A DNA stretch of 63,020 nucleotides, filler included, from Collodictyon triciliatum (GCA_043381765.1; 17 parts of 17 records of this genome joined end to end with filler, not necessarily neighbours in it); one strand, 5' to 3'. Positions 29,192 to 44,024 are shown, counted from the first letter of the whole stretch. The notes: generated by a model from the sequence alone, not told the origin. Program-made: numbers and translations.

Positions 29192-30399
29192 TAATAACTT
29201 AAACAAGCGAAGTAATTTCTGACAGACCTGTGTTGCTGCCATCGTTAGTTCTACTATCAACTCCTTCCTAAGATATAATAGCGTTGGTATCCATTTGGTT
29301 ATGATATAATACATATTAGTATCGTGAACTATGCGTACGTAAAAAAAAAACCCCCCTTGATATCCAGACAATATTTGATCACCAATTTATCGTTTGGGTA
29401 AAGATGCATAAATTTATATATTCATTATCAATCAACAAACTCCTTCCGATTTCCCTCCACTGTGGCTGTGAAAGTTGGCAATAGATTCCGACAACTCTCG
29501 TAGGCCATCGTTGGCGAGCTCGAAGTAATACGGAATTCTCTATGATTAAATAATGAATAAGATGTAAATTGATGAATAAGAAACAATTGAAATTAAAATA
29601 GAATAGAATAGTGCAGAATATAATACAATGCAATAAGAGAATATATATAAACCAATTTAATGCTTTTCGTTGAACATCATTAAAATTTGATGAAAGATAC
29701 AATATATACACACATCATAACAAAACAAAGAAATTAAAGGACACATGTCAGAAGGCACATTCTAAAAAGAACGGGGATAATATCCTTCATTGGACAAGTC
29801 CACTTACAGGCTTTGCGCTGTTTGAGGTTGGAAAGAAGGCTGTGTGTTTGTTGGTGTCTGTTGAGCGAATCCTGCTGAAGAAGGAGACGAGACACTCGTT
29901 GGAAGAGACGAATTCAAGGTCAACTGAGAGACATGAAAGTGAAGCCCTTTGTTTGATCCGTCATGGCGGTGCGGTGTTCTCCCAGGGAAGTCCATCGATC
30001 GTCTGCTTCGGCTTGGATCAAAGATTTGGTTCGATCTTTCCAGTAAACTGTTGTTTGTTTTTGTTTTTGTTTTTGTTTTTGTTTTTGTTTTTGTTTTTGT
30101 TTTTGTTTTTGTTTTTGTTTTTGTTTTTGTTTTTGTTTTTGTTTTTGTTNNNNNNNNNNNNNNNNNNNNNNNNNNNNNNNNNNNNNNNNNNNNTTAATTA
30201 ATTAANNNNNNNNNNNNNNNNNNNNNNNNNNNNNNNNNNNNNNNNNNNNAAAAAGAAAAAAGAAAAAAGAAAAAAGAAAAAAGAAAAAAGAAAAAAGAAA
30301 AAAGAAAAAAGAAAAAAGAAAAAAGAAAAAAGAAAAAAGAAAAAAAAAAGGGGGATATGAGAGCTTATCATAGCCACTCTTATTAAAAGCTAACCGTGT

Positions 30400-33300
30400 G
30401 GTTTGCATTCAAAAGATGCCGATAATGCAGTTATTATCAGGATAAGGAACTTTGAAAACTGGTGAGAGACTTTGCTGTCATCAACTTCTCCTTAAAATGA
30501 GAACCTTTATTTTAATAACATTCTATTGAAATAAACGTACTTTTCCCCTGGAACAACTTATTCAAAAGATTTAAATACCATGTGCAATTCTGTCGCGTAG
30601 CCGTGGACCTTCGGGGTAAATAAAAAGATCATTCAAAGCATTCAATACCTGTGCTTTTATGGCACATAAGAATGCGTTTGGGTGTCTATCTGCTGCTGGC
30701 TGTAAATACATACTTTTAATAGATTGAAAATAAAAAGGCAACTTGAATGATTTGATGGAAAATACAGAATACTCTCACGGATGAGGATCAACAATTTGAC
30801 AGATGTATTACTGTTCCGATATACTCATGAGGGATTGTTGTGTTTAGAAAAATATCCAGAGTTGTATATAGGACTTCTGAATCTAAAAATGCAGACGAGG
30901 TTGTATAAATCAGAGTCGAACTAACTTTTTTCTTTTTTCACTATCTAGGTTGAGGTCACGTGCAATTTTAAATAACAAATAAAAGTATGCAAAAAATAAA
31001 TAATCAATAAATAAACACTTTAATTAGATGTTGAGGGTGGCTATGGATGAAGAGTGCTTGTAAATTAACAATTTAAGAGGCTATTTCTGAGTTATAAACC
31101 TGCAGTGGTAAGTCCTGGTGTTAGATGGTTCAGGGAGACATACGCACGGCGAAGGGAGTGCTCCAGTAATGGTAATAACACAAGACATGAAGAGTAGTGA
31201 TCTCCAGAAAAATGGCGAACAATTCCATCCTTCAATAAATTGTACCTAGCTGGTGCTGCATGATGGTTTATCAAATCAATTGTACGGCCACACCTAGAAA
31301 TCACACAGCGCTAGATGCTTCAAGGTTTCAAAACACTTTATATCAATATCAAATACTAGCCAACATATCAACCACCCTGCATAAAATTGAAAGGAAGAAT
31401 AAAAAAAAATCAATATCAAATATACTCACCAAGAAAGTATGACTTTTCCACACAATAACCAAATATATGGTCTGCATCTTCAGCTAATTTTTGCATGATA
31501 TTTGACTCGTTGAACTATTTTCTTAGATCGTTCAAGAAATATTCAATGGGATAATTTTTCAAAATTTAAAGGAAAAACCTTCGAGCGGAACGGAATCGAT
31601 CCATTTGAACCACATCATTCTAGATATATCGTTATTCAGTAGGTTTTGAATCTTGGGGCGCTTCTCTAGGGAACCTTCGAAATATCGGGATGCCCTAGTA
31701 TGTCATATTTGAAGGGTCAGTTCTTTGAATCAATGAAGGAATTTTAATTTTTGAAAATCAGTGAAAATATTTCTAGATGCCACAAAAGAAAGTGACTTGT
31801 CATACGATGATATGTAGAGAAGGATGAGAATTGCATATCCAGCAGGTGCTTCGTTTGGAGACAAAAAGCCATGCCAAGATATATTCCGAATATTAATACC
31901 TTTTTGATTTTTATATTAGTACAGTGTGAATCATTTTCCTTTTGGCCACACATGTTAAATCCATATAACATATACAAGATAGGAAATGAAAAACATAAAT
32001 TTGTTAAAAAGATTCAATCATTCAAATACCCAATTGGGGTTCAACATTCATGACACAGTTATTTTAAAATTTGTCATTTAATTATTATTATTATTTTACA
32101 AAATTAATGATTTAATTAAACAATACCAATAGGAGGACCCATCAAGGCCTTTAAAAATAATATCTATATAGTTTTTAATTTTTTTTATTAGCTCTAGCTT
32201 TCCAAAGAATCGCTTATGTATGCCATGGCAACTCAAAAAATAAATATATAAAAAGCATTTTTCCCTGGACCTGAGAGATCCCAAGAAAAGCCAATAAGTG
32301 CATAGAGTCGAGCAAATCTCTAATTATTCTAGGACATGGAGTGTACGCACATCGGGCCTGCATTTAATCAGATTTCCCCCTAGAAATATGACTCATGGAC
32401 CACAACATAATTGAATGCATATCCATCGGATAACTTGTGTGTTACCTGGCTTTTTTGGTATGTGACAAAAGCATCGCCCAAAAATCTCTCTATAGTAGAT
32501 GTTCCATGCAATATAGCTTCATAGTTCTGACCTTTCTTCATGCAGTTCGTAATACGAATTATCTTAAGAATGCAGTTGACGTCATATAAGGGGATGAGGC
32601 ATAATGAAAAAAAAATTAGTAGCTATTATTACCACTGTTATCACGATATCTAAAGGAGATAGAGCGTCCACTTTTTTCTCATCAGAACACATAAAAGGCA
32701 AANNNNNNNNNNNNNNNNNNNNNNNNNNNNNNNNNNNNNNNNNNNNNNNNNNNNNNNNNNNNNNNNNNNNNNTTTTTTTTTTCTTACATCTATTTTGGAG
32801 CAAATAAGAGGCTCCTGGTTGGAAATTTCGTATAAGTTTGTTAATTGAATTTCTGTTAATCCAGTCAAGGAGTGGGCCATAGACTTCACAGCCTCGATGT
32901 ATGTAAAAAGCTTGACATCCTGAGATTCATCTATGGCATTGAGCATTGCTTAATCAGAAGAGCAAGATAAATGCATTGACAGGAAATGGAGAGGATAAGT
33001 GAAGGTGCCAAAGCTAATGCTAAAATAATTCCTTTTAAAAGATTTTATGTATGCATAAACTAAATGAAATATTGATGCAAAAATTACATTTTCTTTTGTA
33101 TAAAACTTTAACTTTTACATGAAAACGTCCACAAATACACAAAACACAAAACACAAAACACAAAACACAAAACACAAAACACAAAACACAAAACACAAAA
33201 CACAAAACACAAAAAATCATAAAAACACAAAAAACAAAAAACAGAAAAAACAGAAAAAACAGAAAAAACAGAAAAAACAGAAAAAACAGAAAAAACAGAA

Positions 33301-33751
33301 AAAACAGAAAAAACAGAAAAAACAGAAAAAAAAACAGAAAAAAACAGAAAAAAACAGAAAAAACAGAAAAAACAGAAAAAACAGAAAAAACAGAAAAAAA
33401 ACGTCAAAAAACTCAATTTTTTTGAATGGTGGTTTGTGATTCGAGATGTTATTGACAAAAACAATAACTAGGAATGATAAGGCTTCATAATATCGATGCT
33501 GGATTACCAGGATGAATGATTTTTTCGTGTATTTCTTTCATGTCATGAAGTGAAATAGACACATTTTCATCACTTTTATACAAAGCTTTGCAGATATGGT
33601 GAGAGGGAGCTTCGCATCTTCTTCCATCAGATTCATAATGGAGAATACGTGTAACATTCGAGGATAAAAAGGAGACGTTCTCTCTGGCCTGACTTAAGGC
33701 TAATTTCTGTTTCAAATATGCGCAGTGTTCAAGCAGTGTTCGGATATGCAA
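30400..33751 (-). CDS. ERMARD: ER membrane-associated RNA degradation protein (DUF4209), multi-exon
   Basis: Motifs IERFLGDAF, NIRNISWHGFLSPNE, LVLLPLLEHSLRRAYV..N and EGPRLRDRIAHG occur in the order expected for ERMARD/C6orf70. Ends are approximate. Confidence 0.75.
31356..31408 (+). mobile_element. Short retroposed insert, family 1, in ERMARD intron
   Basis: CTAGCCAACATATCAACCACCCTGCATAAAATTGAAAGGAAGAAT plus A tail. TSD ATCAATATCAAATA at 31342-31355 and 31409-31422. Confidence 0.88.
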
Positions 33752-33780
33752 CGTGCAATATGCTTTACACTAATATGAGG

Positions 33781-33822
<42 letters not shown>

Positions 33823-34025
33823 GATAAAAAAGAGATAAAAAAGAGATAAAAAAGAGATAAAAAAGAGATAAAAAAGAGATAAAAAAGAGATAAAAAAGAG
33901 ATAAAAAAGAGATAAAAAAGAGATANNNNNNNNNNNNNNNNNNNNNNNNNNNNNNNNNNNNNNNNNNNNTTAATTAATTAANNNNNNNNNNNNNNNNNNN
34001 NNNNNNNNNNNNNNNNNNNNNNNNN

Positions 34026-37000
34026 TTCGGAGCCGTAGCTTCCATTTGGACATGTAATGCATGATGATTGATTGAATGAGCCGGTTTTGTTGTTGAATGT
34101 GCCAGCTGAACATGATGTGCATGATGCTTGGCCATCTTTATCGCTCCATGTTCCTTGTGGACATTCAATGCATGATTTATTGCCATATAAGCCGGATTTT
34201 GAGTTGAATGTGCCTTTTGGACAAGCATAGCATGATTCCGAGTCTTTTGTGATTCCTTCTTTTTGATAGAATCCTGGTGAGCATGAAAAGCATGATGAGC
34301 TTCCGACTGAGCTGTAACCTCCATCTGGACATGAAATGCATGATGATTGATTGGATGAACCAGTTCTATTGTTGAATGTACCGGCTGGACATGATGTGCA
34401 TGATACTTGACCCTCTCTATCATTCCAAGTACCTTGTGGACATTCGATACATGATGCATTTCCATATGAGCCGGAGTTTGAGTTGAATGTGCCTTTTGGA
34501 CAAGGAGAACATGATTTTGAGTCTTTACTGATGTCTTCTTTTTGATATAATCCTGATGAGCATAGACTGCATGAAGAGCTTCTTTCTGAGCTGTAGCTTC
34601 CATTTGGACATGAAATGCATGATGATACATTGAATGAACCAGTTCTATTGCTGAATGTACCAGCTGGACATGATGTGCATGATGCTTGACCATCTTTATC
34701 ATTCCAAGTACCTTGCGGACATTCAATACATGATAGGTTTCCATATGAACCGGATATTGAGTTGAATGTGCCTTTTGGACAAGCATGGCATGATTTGGAG
34801 TCTTTTGTGATATCTTCTTTTTGATAGAATCCTGATAAGCATGAGTTACATGATGAGCTTCTCTCTGAGCTATAGCTTCCGTTTGGACATGAAATGCATG
34901 ATGATTGATTGAATGAGCCAGTTTTGTTGTTGAATGTTCCAGCTGGACATGATGTGCATGATGCTTGACCATCTCTATCATTCCAAGTACCTTGTGGACA
35001 TTCAATACATGATATGTCTCCATATAAGCCGAAATTTGAGTTGAATGTGCCTTTTGGACAAGCATAGCATGATTTGGAGTCTTTTGTGATATCTTCTTTT
35101 TGATAGAATCCTGATAAACATAGACTACATGATGAGCTTCTTTCTGAACTATAGCTTCCATTTGGACATGAAATACATGATGATTGATTATATGAGCCAG
35201 TTTTGTTGTTGAATGTGCCAGCTGGACATGATGTGCATGATGCTTGACCATCTCTATCATTCCAAGTACCTTGTGGACATTCAATACATGATTTGTTGCC
35301 ATATGAGCCTGAGTTTGAGTTGAATGTGCCTTTTGGACAAGCATAGCATGAATTTGAGTCCTTTTTGATATCTTCTTTTTCATAGTATCCTGATGAACAT
35401 AAACTACAAAATGCGCTTCCGACCGAGCTGTAGCTTCCATCTGGACATGAAATGCATGATGATTGATTGAATGAGCCGGTTTTATTGTTGAATGTACCAG
35501 CTGAACATGATGTGCATGATGCTTGGCCATCTTTATCGCTCCATGTTCCTTGTGGACATTCAATGCATGATATATTTCCATATGAGCCGGAGTTTGAGTT
35601 GAATGAGCCTTTTGGACAAGCGTAGCATGATTTTGAGTCTTTTGTGATTTCTTCTTTTTGATAGAATCCTGGTGAGCATGAAAAGCATGATGAGCTTCTT
35701 TCTGAGCTGTAGCTTCCGTTTGGACATGAAATGCACGATGATTCATTGAATGAGCCGGTTTTATTGTTGAATGTACCAGGTGGACACGATGTGCATGATG
35801 CTTGACCATCTCTACCATTCCAAGTACCTTGTGGACATTTAATACATGATTTGTTTCCATATGAACCGGATATTGAGTTGAATGAGCCTTTTGGACAAGC
35901 GTAGCATGATTCAGAGTCTTTTATGATTCCTTCTTTTTGATAGAACCCTGATGAGCACAAACTACATGATGAACTTCTCTCTGAGCTGTAGCTTCCCTTT
36001 GGACATGAAATACATGATGATTGGTTAAATGAACCAGTTTTGTTGTTGAATGTGCCAGCTGGACAGGATGTACATGATGCTTGACCATCCTTATCATTCC
36101 AAGTGCCTTGTGGACATTCGGTGCATGATGTGTTTCCATATGAACCAGATATTGAGTTGAATGTGCCTTTTGGACAAGCATAGCATGATTCTGAGTCTTT
36201 TATGATTCCTTCTTTTTGATAGAATCCTGATGAACATAAGCTGCATGATGAACTTCTCTCTGAGCTGTAGCTTCCCTTTGGACATGAAATGCATGATGAT
36301 TGATTGAATAAACCAGTTTGATTGTTGAATGTACCAGCTGGACATGATGTGCATGTTGCCTGACCATCTCTATCATTCCAAGTACCTTGTGGACATTCGA
36401 TACATGATGTGTTTCCATATGAGCCGGAGTTTGAGTTGAATGTGCCTTTTGGACATGCATAGCATGATTGTGAGTCTTTTGAGATGCCTTCTTTTTGGTA
36501 GAATCCTGATAAACATAGACTACATGATGAGCTTCTTTCTGAACTATAGCTTCCATTTGAACATGAAATACATGATGATTGATTGAATGAGCCGGTTTTA
36601 TTGTTGAATGTACCAGCTGGACAGGATGTACATGATGCTTGACCATCTCTATCATTCCAAGCACCTTGTGGACAATCAGCACATGACGTGTTTCCATATG
36701 AGCCGGAGTATGAATTGAATGTGCCTTTTGGACAAGCATAGCATGACTGTGAGTCTTTTGTGATGTCTTCTTTTTGATAAAATCCTGATGAGCATAGACT
36801 GCATGATGAGCTTCCGACTGAGCTGTAGCTTCCGTTTGGACATGAAATGCATGATGATTGATTGAATGAGCCAGTTTTGTTATTATATGTTCCAGCTGGA
36901 CAGGATGTGCATGATGCTTGACCATCTCTACCATTCCAAGTACCTTGTGGGCATTCAATACATGATATATTGCCATATAAGCCAGAGTTTGAGTTAAATG

Positions 37001-37700
37001 TGCCTTTTGGACAAGCGTAGCATGATTCAGAGTCTTTTGTGATTTCTTCTTTTTGATAGAATCCTGGTGAACATGAGATACATGATGAACTTCTTTCTGA
37101 GCTGTAGCTTCCATCTGGACATGAAATGCATGATGACTGGTCAAATGAACCAGCCTTACCGTTGAATGTACCAGGTGGACACGATATGCATGATGCTTGA
37201 CCATCTCTGTCATTCCAAGTACCTTGTCGGCATTCAATACATGATTTGTTTCCATATGAGCCGGAGTTTGAATTGAATGTGCCTTTTGGACAAGCATAAC
37301 ATGATTTTGGGTCTTTTGTGATTCCTTCTTTTTGATAGAATCCGGATGAACATGAGATACACGATGCGCTTCTTTCTGAGCTGTAGCTTCCGTCTGGACA
37401 TGGAATGCATAGTAATTGATTCAATGAGCCAGTTTTGTTGTTGAATGTGCCAGCTGGACAGGATGTGCATGACGCTTGACCATCTCTACCATTCCAAGTA
37501 CCTTGTGGGCATTCAGTACATGATTTGTTTCCATATGAGCCCGAGTATGAGTTGAATGTGCCTTTTGGACAAGCATAGCATGATTCAGAGTCTTTTATGA
37601 TATCTTCTTTTTGATAGAATCCTGATAAGCATAAGCTGCATGAAGAGCTTCTATCTGAGCTGTAGCTTCCATCTGGACATGAAATGCATGATGATTCATT
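34026..37700 (-). CDS. Cys-rich surface protein fragment (GCC2/GCC3, ephrin-receptor-like CxxCPxG repeats), open across the whole contig
   Basis: About 13 tandem 279-nt (93-aa) units, each with five CxxC(P/S)xG(T/S/F)(F/W/Y) modules and several NxS/T sequons. Confidence 0.9.
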
Positions 37701-37800
37701 NNNNNNNNNNNNNNNNNNNNNNNNNNNNNNNNNNNNNNNNNNNNTTAATTAATTAANNNNNNNNNNNNNNNNNNNNNNNNNNNNNNNNNNNNNNNNNNNN

Positions 37801-37859
<59 letters not shown>

Positions 37860-37968
37860 CTTTTTTTTTCTTTTTTTTCTTTTTTTTTTTGCCATGTTCA
37901 ATTTGTGTTCCATAAATAAAAACAAAAAGAAACAATAGCAGTAATATTATTCATCCAAGGAAATATCA

Positions 37969-40900
37969 TCAATCCTGGCACTCCCGGCTGCTCAAAGGGA
38001 GAAGAAGTTTAAGCTTCTGAAAGCCCAGTACCATCCCGACCGAAACCAAGAGAACGAGGCTCTGGCCACACTCATATTCCAGTTCATTCAAAGTGAATAT
38101 GAAAAGTATCAAGCTTAGCATCGAGGAGCTCGTGATTCGGATATGTAAGTAAGATAAGCACAGACTCTCCCTTGTAGCAATAAGACTCGATTGTGGTATA
38201 TTGTTTGCGAGTGATGATATTGTGGCGATGAATAAAGGAACAAGCAAGACCCGTTGTTTTGTACTTAAAGTCAGGTTTATGATGATGCTTATCCTTCGCA
38301 TGAAAGGAATGTGCGAAGCCTGTCCTGAGGCAAATCGCAAGTATTTGTATATTTGATTGATTATTTTTTTTTCCTTTATTCGATTCAAAGTTATTTGATT
38401 GATTATAATAGAGAAAACAGGACTATGGTGACAGCAGGTGATAGGTTTAATGCAACGTGTTAAACAGCTAAAACACGAATCAATACCAAACAGAGAGGTG
38501 AGTAGAACATGTCTTTCTCCATAGAAGACAAGTAGAAGAGCGTAAAGAAAGAGAAAACGAGCACCTATATCATGATTTTCCCTTTCGTGCTCTTCGCATA
38601 GAGCCACCGACTGTAGGCCAAGGCTACACAGGGCACTATTGCATTCAAGATATTCCTGGACAAATAGTACGACCCATCGTGGTTTTGGTATGCAAAATCT
38701 GGGAAGAATATGTGCACCCCTGCCACGATTAACTTGACGAGAACACATTTTCTCGGCTCGTGTGATTCGGTGATGCTGGTGGTGAAGCGGTCGATGATGA
38801 AGACCATGAATGGGAGAAATGACCAAATCCATATCGAGGATGCATCCGACCTTGGGTTGTCACGAAGGCAACTGGGAAAGAGGTCTCTTAGCTTCGATGC
38901 AACCAACAACCAAGACAACATATCTTTTTAATTTTCAGCGGTGTATGGATTACTTACAGGACAGATGTTGCCAAGACAGTTGAACAAAACGCAAAATAAA
39001 TGGATATCATGATTCCATAAATCATGGCTCTATTGTATGGGACGTAAAAAAGCCTCCCTCTCCTCCGACGTCCGTGCGTCTAACCGTGAGGTAGATATAT
39101 ATTTTAGAATCGAGTGTCTGATTATTATAATTGGTATATCACGAGAGACTAGGTAGTCTGAATATCAAGACGTGTTCGTTAGATTTTCTTGTCAAACAGC
39201 CGCAAGTGCGTGAGACGTTGAACCAAAATCACATCAAGTTAGGCGTACCGCTCTGATTCTACCGGCAAGTGCCTCGATTTCTGGCTCGTCTATATGGATT
39301 CCAGCAAATCTTGCGCTCCCAGCATTGAGTGGTGAGACTAGTAAATCATTATCCCCTTCAAGCCCATTATCAACGAATATCTTTGTGAGATATTTTGGAA
39401 AATAGTGAGTTATCAGTTTTTGTTTTCTATTGATTTAGGGCTTTTTGGAGGGGGTTTTGGTTTAATTATGAAACATCTCTTCGGTATCCTACAAATGAAG
39501 TCATTACTTTACGGAAAGCCTCTGAATGAACATAGTGGTAGTCAGTTCCTATGTATTTTGCTACTCGATTACGCCCTTGTTCGTCTGAGTTATTGTTACC
39601 TAATCTTGAGGTTTGGTCATCATGGAGGCAAGCAGCTGTTCTATTTTCTCGATTACCGACGAATGCTGTAACGTCTGGTTCAGTATATGCATCGTCAGAG
39701 CGAATGACAATCCGATTGATTCTATGCCAGAATATCATCAGAAGGGATTAAGAAAAAAGGAGCTGAGTAAAGTCAGCCTCTGCACAAAAACTACAACCCC
39801 TCAAATGTCTTTATTCATGCATACCTGGATTAAAGTTTGAAGTGGATATATGTTGATTTTAGGCATACCTGGGCTTTGCTTCTTCCAGCATAGTAAGACT
39901 TGGATGAGGGGCTTCTCTGTGATTTCTGGTTTGTGCTGTTGGGGAGAAATCAGATATTGGAGTATTAAGAGGAGCAATATCTGGTTGGTCTTTGTTGGAT
40001 ATGAAGTCGTCTTCCGGTGCTTCAGCTCGCCCCTAAGTTCCATAGGAATGTCATTGTGACATGAATAAAAAAAAAAAAAATACACTATTAGTTTCGGTCG
40101 CATGAACTTAGCTATGCAAAAATGGATGAAATAGATCGTACTTAAGTGAAGTGCATATGGTCCAGCAATAACACAATTAAGTATAAAAATGTTGGATGTC
40201 GTTATAATTTGATTCTAAAAAAAAAAAACTGAAAATGCTTACCTCATTTTGTATCAATTTTGGAGAACCCTGGACCTATATAGTAGATAATTGTATATTA
40301 GATACGAGCGGGATTAGATTAAAGAGCGGTATAATAAGTGCAGTGCTTAAATAAAATCATCAGGTAATACACATTTAAAGACTAACATAGATCATTTCTG
40401 AAATACGAATAAAAAGCTCAGAAGAATATTAGAATATCGTGGGTATGTGGCTGCTTCGTCAGTAGAAAATTATGAAAAGAAAAGTAGTGCCTACCTGAAA
40501 GTAAATAACCTCCCCTACAATCTCTTCATTCGTCAAAGGGTTAAGTTGAATAACTGGATGGTGCTTATGATATCGCGAAAGGATTTCTGTTCCTCTTTTT
40601 CGAAAGAGAACTTTGTTCAGCTGAAAGGCAGAATAATACGAGTAAAGAAACTTCCCGACGTCCTGCTTATTGCTGGGTGATAGGGACATGTGAAGGGAGG
40701 ATCCAATTGTTAGGACATGTTTTTGTGAATAGACCGTAAGTATGGCTTATTTTGGTCTAAAAAACATATTTTTATATTTTACTTTATTTTATTGTTCTTC
40801 CTTTCAGTTTATTTTTAGATTTAAATTATGAAACATTTGCTCCTGCAAGATTTTGTATTGCTTGCGTTGATTAAAAAAAAATACTTAAAAAAAAAAGGAG

Positions 40901-41161
40901 CCAGATTTTCATGAAAAAGACAAAACAAAGAAAACAAAGAAAACAAAGAAAACAAAGAAAAGTTACATACTATGTTTTTGCCCGAGCCACGATAAGCTCA
41001 CGGTTGTTGGAATCATACAGATCGATCAGGTCGGAAAAAGTATCCAGGGTAAGGCACTCTTCCTGACTCAGTGGCACAGACTCCTCCACTGCTCCATCGG
41101 GGCCGAGCAAAGTCAGAAGCCCTCCTCTGCTTGGCCTACCTTCTGGCTGCTGTGTGGCCAT
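37969..41161 (-). CDS. DUF5092-like protein with hydrophobic C-terminal region (multi-exon; joining of the 3' part is tentative)
   Basis: ECLTLDTFSDL...ELIVARAKT, YSYYSAFQLNKVLFR...NPLTNEEIVGEVIYF, AKYIGTDY and KIFVDNGL resemble DUF5092 motifs as I recall them. TM-rich ORFs lie at 37969-38921. Confidence 0.5.
38365..38391 (-). mobile_element. Short retroposed insert, family 2
   Basis: Minus strand ACTTTGAATCGAATAAAGGAAAAAAAA. Perfect TSD TATTTGATTGATTAT at 38350-38364 and 38392-38406. Confidence 0.88.
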
Positions 41162-41576
41162 TATCCCTTCCGACTGAAAAAAGAGAAGGAATAAAGAGAG
41201 GCACAGGCGGAGAAAGGCGAAGTACTTTGGTGTGACTGGGCGGCAGCTACGATTACAGAGAATCGTGCACGAAAACGAGGCGCTGTCGATTTTTGTGTAG
41301 ACTTCTTTTTTTCTTCTTTTTTTCTTCTTTTTTTCTTCTTTTTTCTTCTTTTTTCTTCTTTTTTCTTCTTTTTTCTTCTATTTTCTTCTATTTTCTTCTA
41401 TTTTCTTCTATTTTCTTCTATTTTCTTCTATTTTCTTCTATTTTCTTCTATTTTCTTCTATTTTCTTCTATTTNNNNNNNNNNNNNNNNNNNNNNNNNNN
41501 NNNNNNNNNNNNNNNNNTTAATTAATTAANNNNNNNNNNNNNNNNNNNNNNNNNNNNNNNNNNNNNNNNNNNNAAA

Positions 41577-41679
<103 letters not shown>

Positions 41680-42070
41680 ATATAATCAAATAAAAATCAC
41701 CCCTGCAAACCCATCACCGATGTTGACCTGAACGCAAGGCCATTTCTTCCAATCACTCACAAAGCGTGGTGGATGTGATAACCAAAACCCTCCAAATTTT
41801 TCAATGTGCGTTCGTCAGCCAAATATGTAACAGAGGAGAGAAGGAAACAAAGAAAGAAACACAAGGCAGGATAATCACATATCTCTTTTGGCGCCTGAGT
41901 TCATGCATGCACACATATTCATTTGCACCATGCATGCTTGCCACCAAACTCCAACGGCATGAGCAAACTTGCTTAAAGGGCAGCTCTACATATGCGCAGA
42001 ACCATTAATATGTTTGAGTTTAAATATATAAAAAAAATAAAAAAAAAAAAACAGTAAAAAGGTGCGTCGC

Positions 42071-44024
42071 ATGGATCCGCTTTTCCAGACTCTGAAGATC
42101 GAGACGCATCTTGTCCCACTCGGCCCGCTTTTCCACCCCGTCGATCTTGAAACACCTCAGGGATTTGATAAAACATCCTCTTCAAAGAGTGTGGAAGTCC
42201 GATGCGATCCGTATCGCTCCCCGAGATATGTTGTGGACGAAGGTTCATCACATTCCTTATATCATGCTTCTTGGATATATCAGTTAGATATCGTCATTGT
42301 ATGTGACGTCCATGATGTATCAACTTTTCAATTTTTTTACCTTCATTTTATGTTTTCATGTAAGTAAATATATAGAATGGACAAGATAACTTGTTTCTGT
42401 TCTTTTATTAATATCATTTTTTTGTGAGATGGTTTTGGTTGAACCACGCCATCATCCACCTTCAGCTTTGTTCCAGTCATTTTATCAGAATATTAGATGG
42501 ATTATTGCATTACATGCGGACAACAAATTACGACTCAAATTTACATGATTATAACATCCTATTTATATGTATACATATACTTATAGATGACTCTGATGGC
42601 GCGAGCGATGGAGGTGACATTTCGTTTAATCAATACAGAAAACGCATCCGGATTGGCCTTGCATATCAAACTAATATCCCTCCAGTCCCAGCCCCAAGTA
42701 AGAATATGTCATCATGACAATAATTGGATTTCTTTGTCATCATATTCTCATAAACTCTAGTTGATTATGCATTCGTGGTTTGGTTTTCGAAGTTAGCTAT
42801 TTTTACTCTTTTTTTTTGAAAAAAAAAAAGTAATTTAACATTGTGGTGTTTCATCGTTGCGGGTTATAGGTGAAAAGCTTGACGCTGTTGTTTGCAAAGC
42901 CAAGCTCAAATGGGATCCAGAGAAAATAACCCCAGAAGAAGGTAGAGATGAAAAAAATTACATTTATTAATTATATCATTAGACATTAAGATTCATGTAT
43001 GATTGTTACATGAAATCCTTGTTATTTTTGTATTGAATAGAGGGAACTTGGTCAGGATTATTATTTAATACACTTTAATTGTGCTTTTATTTTGCGATAA
43101 CACTAGTGGATGAGTACATACACACATTAAAGTCACTTGTATATGGTGAGTCGGACTTTAATCAGGACCGAGCGCTCGAAATTCTACATAATTGTGGATA
43201 TGATACAAACAAAGCATTGGTTGCCGCTATGGAAAAGCCTCTTTCATCAAAAAGAAGGCTTTTAGGTACGTAGGTGAATGCAATAGCCCACCGTCTCGAT
43301 GATGTTTTCCACCTTTCCACTTAACGTTCCTCTTTGTATTACGCATTGAGCCATCCCAATTGTAATTCCCATTTATAATGATTTTTCAGTCGCATCATGG
43401 TCTGAAGCTGAAAGGGAACGTTTTGATACCGCCTTGAGGCGATCTGGAAAGGACTTTATCGCCATTCAAAGCTATGTATGATTTTTTTCTTCAAACGCTT
43501 TTGTATATTCATCATGCTTTCTGAAAAGAAAGGAAGAGAGGAGATAGGAAAGGGAATGAAACACCCTTTTCCCTTTCAAATTTGAATATACTATTGTATA
43601 GAGGCAAAGAAGCAAACTCTAAAAATCTGCCAAATCATGCGGTTTTCTTATTTTTCCCAGTGATATATTCCCTACTACATACGCTCATATCCAGATTATA
43701 TGCTAGGTCAAAACAAAAGAAATTCGCGATGTCATTCAGTTTTATTATTTGCGACCATTTGCAAAGAGACCAGCCCTTGTATCGGAATTGGTTGCATCTA
43801 TGAACTCCACAGGAAGACCTGCGGACACTTTGCATCTCTCAACTATGCCTGGCGGGGTTTCGAGGGATTCTAATCGCCTGATGCGCTCGAATACAAACGA
43901 GTATTCAGTGTCGATGTCTTTCTTGGATGGAAGGCGAAAAGATCGCAGCGGAGGTAATCGTGCGAAGCTCTTGGGAAACTTTAGCAATCGTGATGAGTAC
44001 GAAGACCGATTCGACCTGGTGTAA
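42071..44024 (+). CDS. ELM2-SANT chromatin corepressor (MIER/RCOR-like), multi-exon
   Basis: ELM2 RIRIGLAYQTNIP...KLKWDP...DRALEILHNCGYDTNKAL, followed by SANT WSEAERERFDTALRRSGKDFIAIQ...VKTKEIRDVIQFYY. Confidence 0.88.

Noticed and set aside
33974-37297. Long His/Val/Gln-rich ORFs (628 aa, 365 aa)
   Set aside because: Alternate-frame shadows of the Cys-rich repeat gene.
40783-40812. Possible degenerate family 1 insert (TTGTTCTTCCTTTCAGTTT)
   Set aside because: Too short and diverged, with no convincing TSD.
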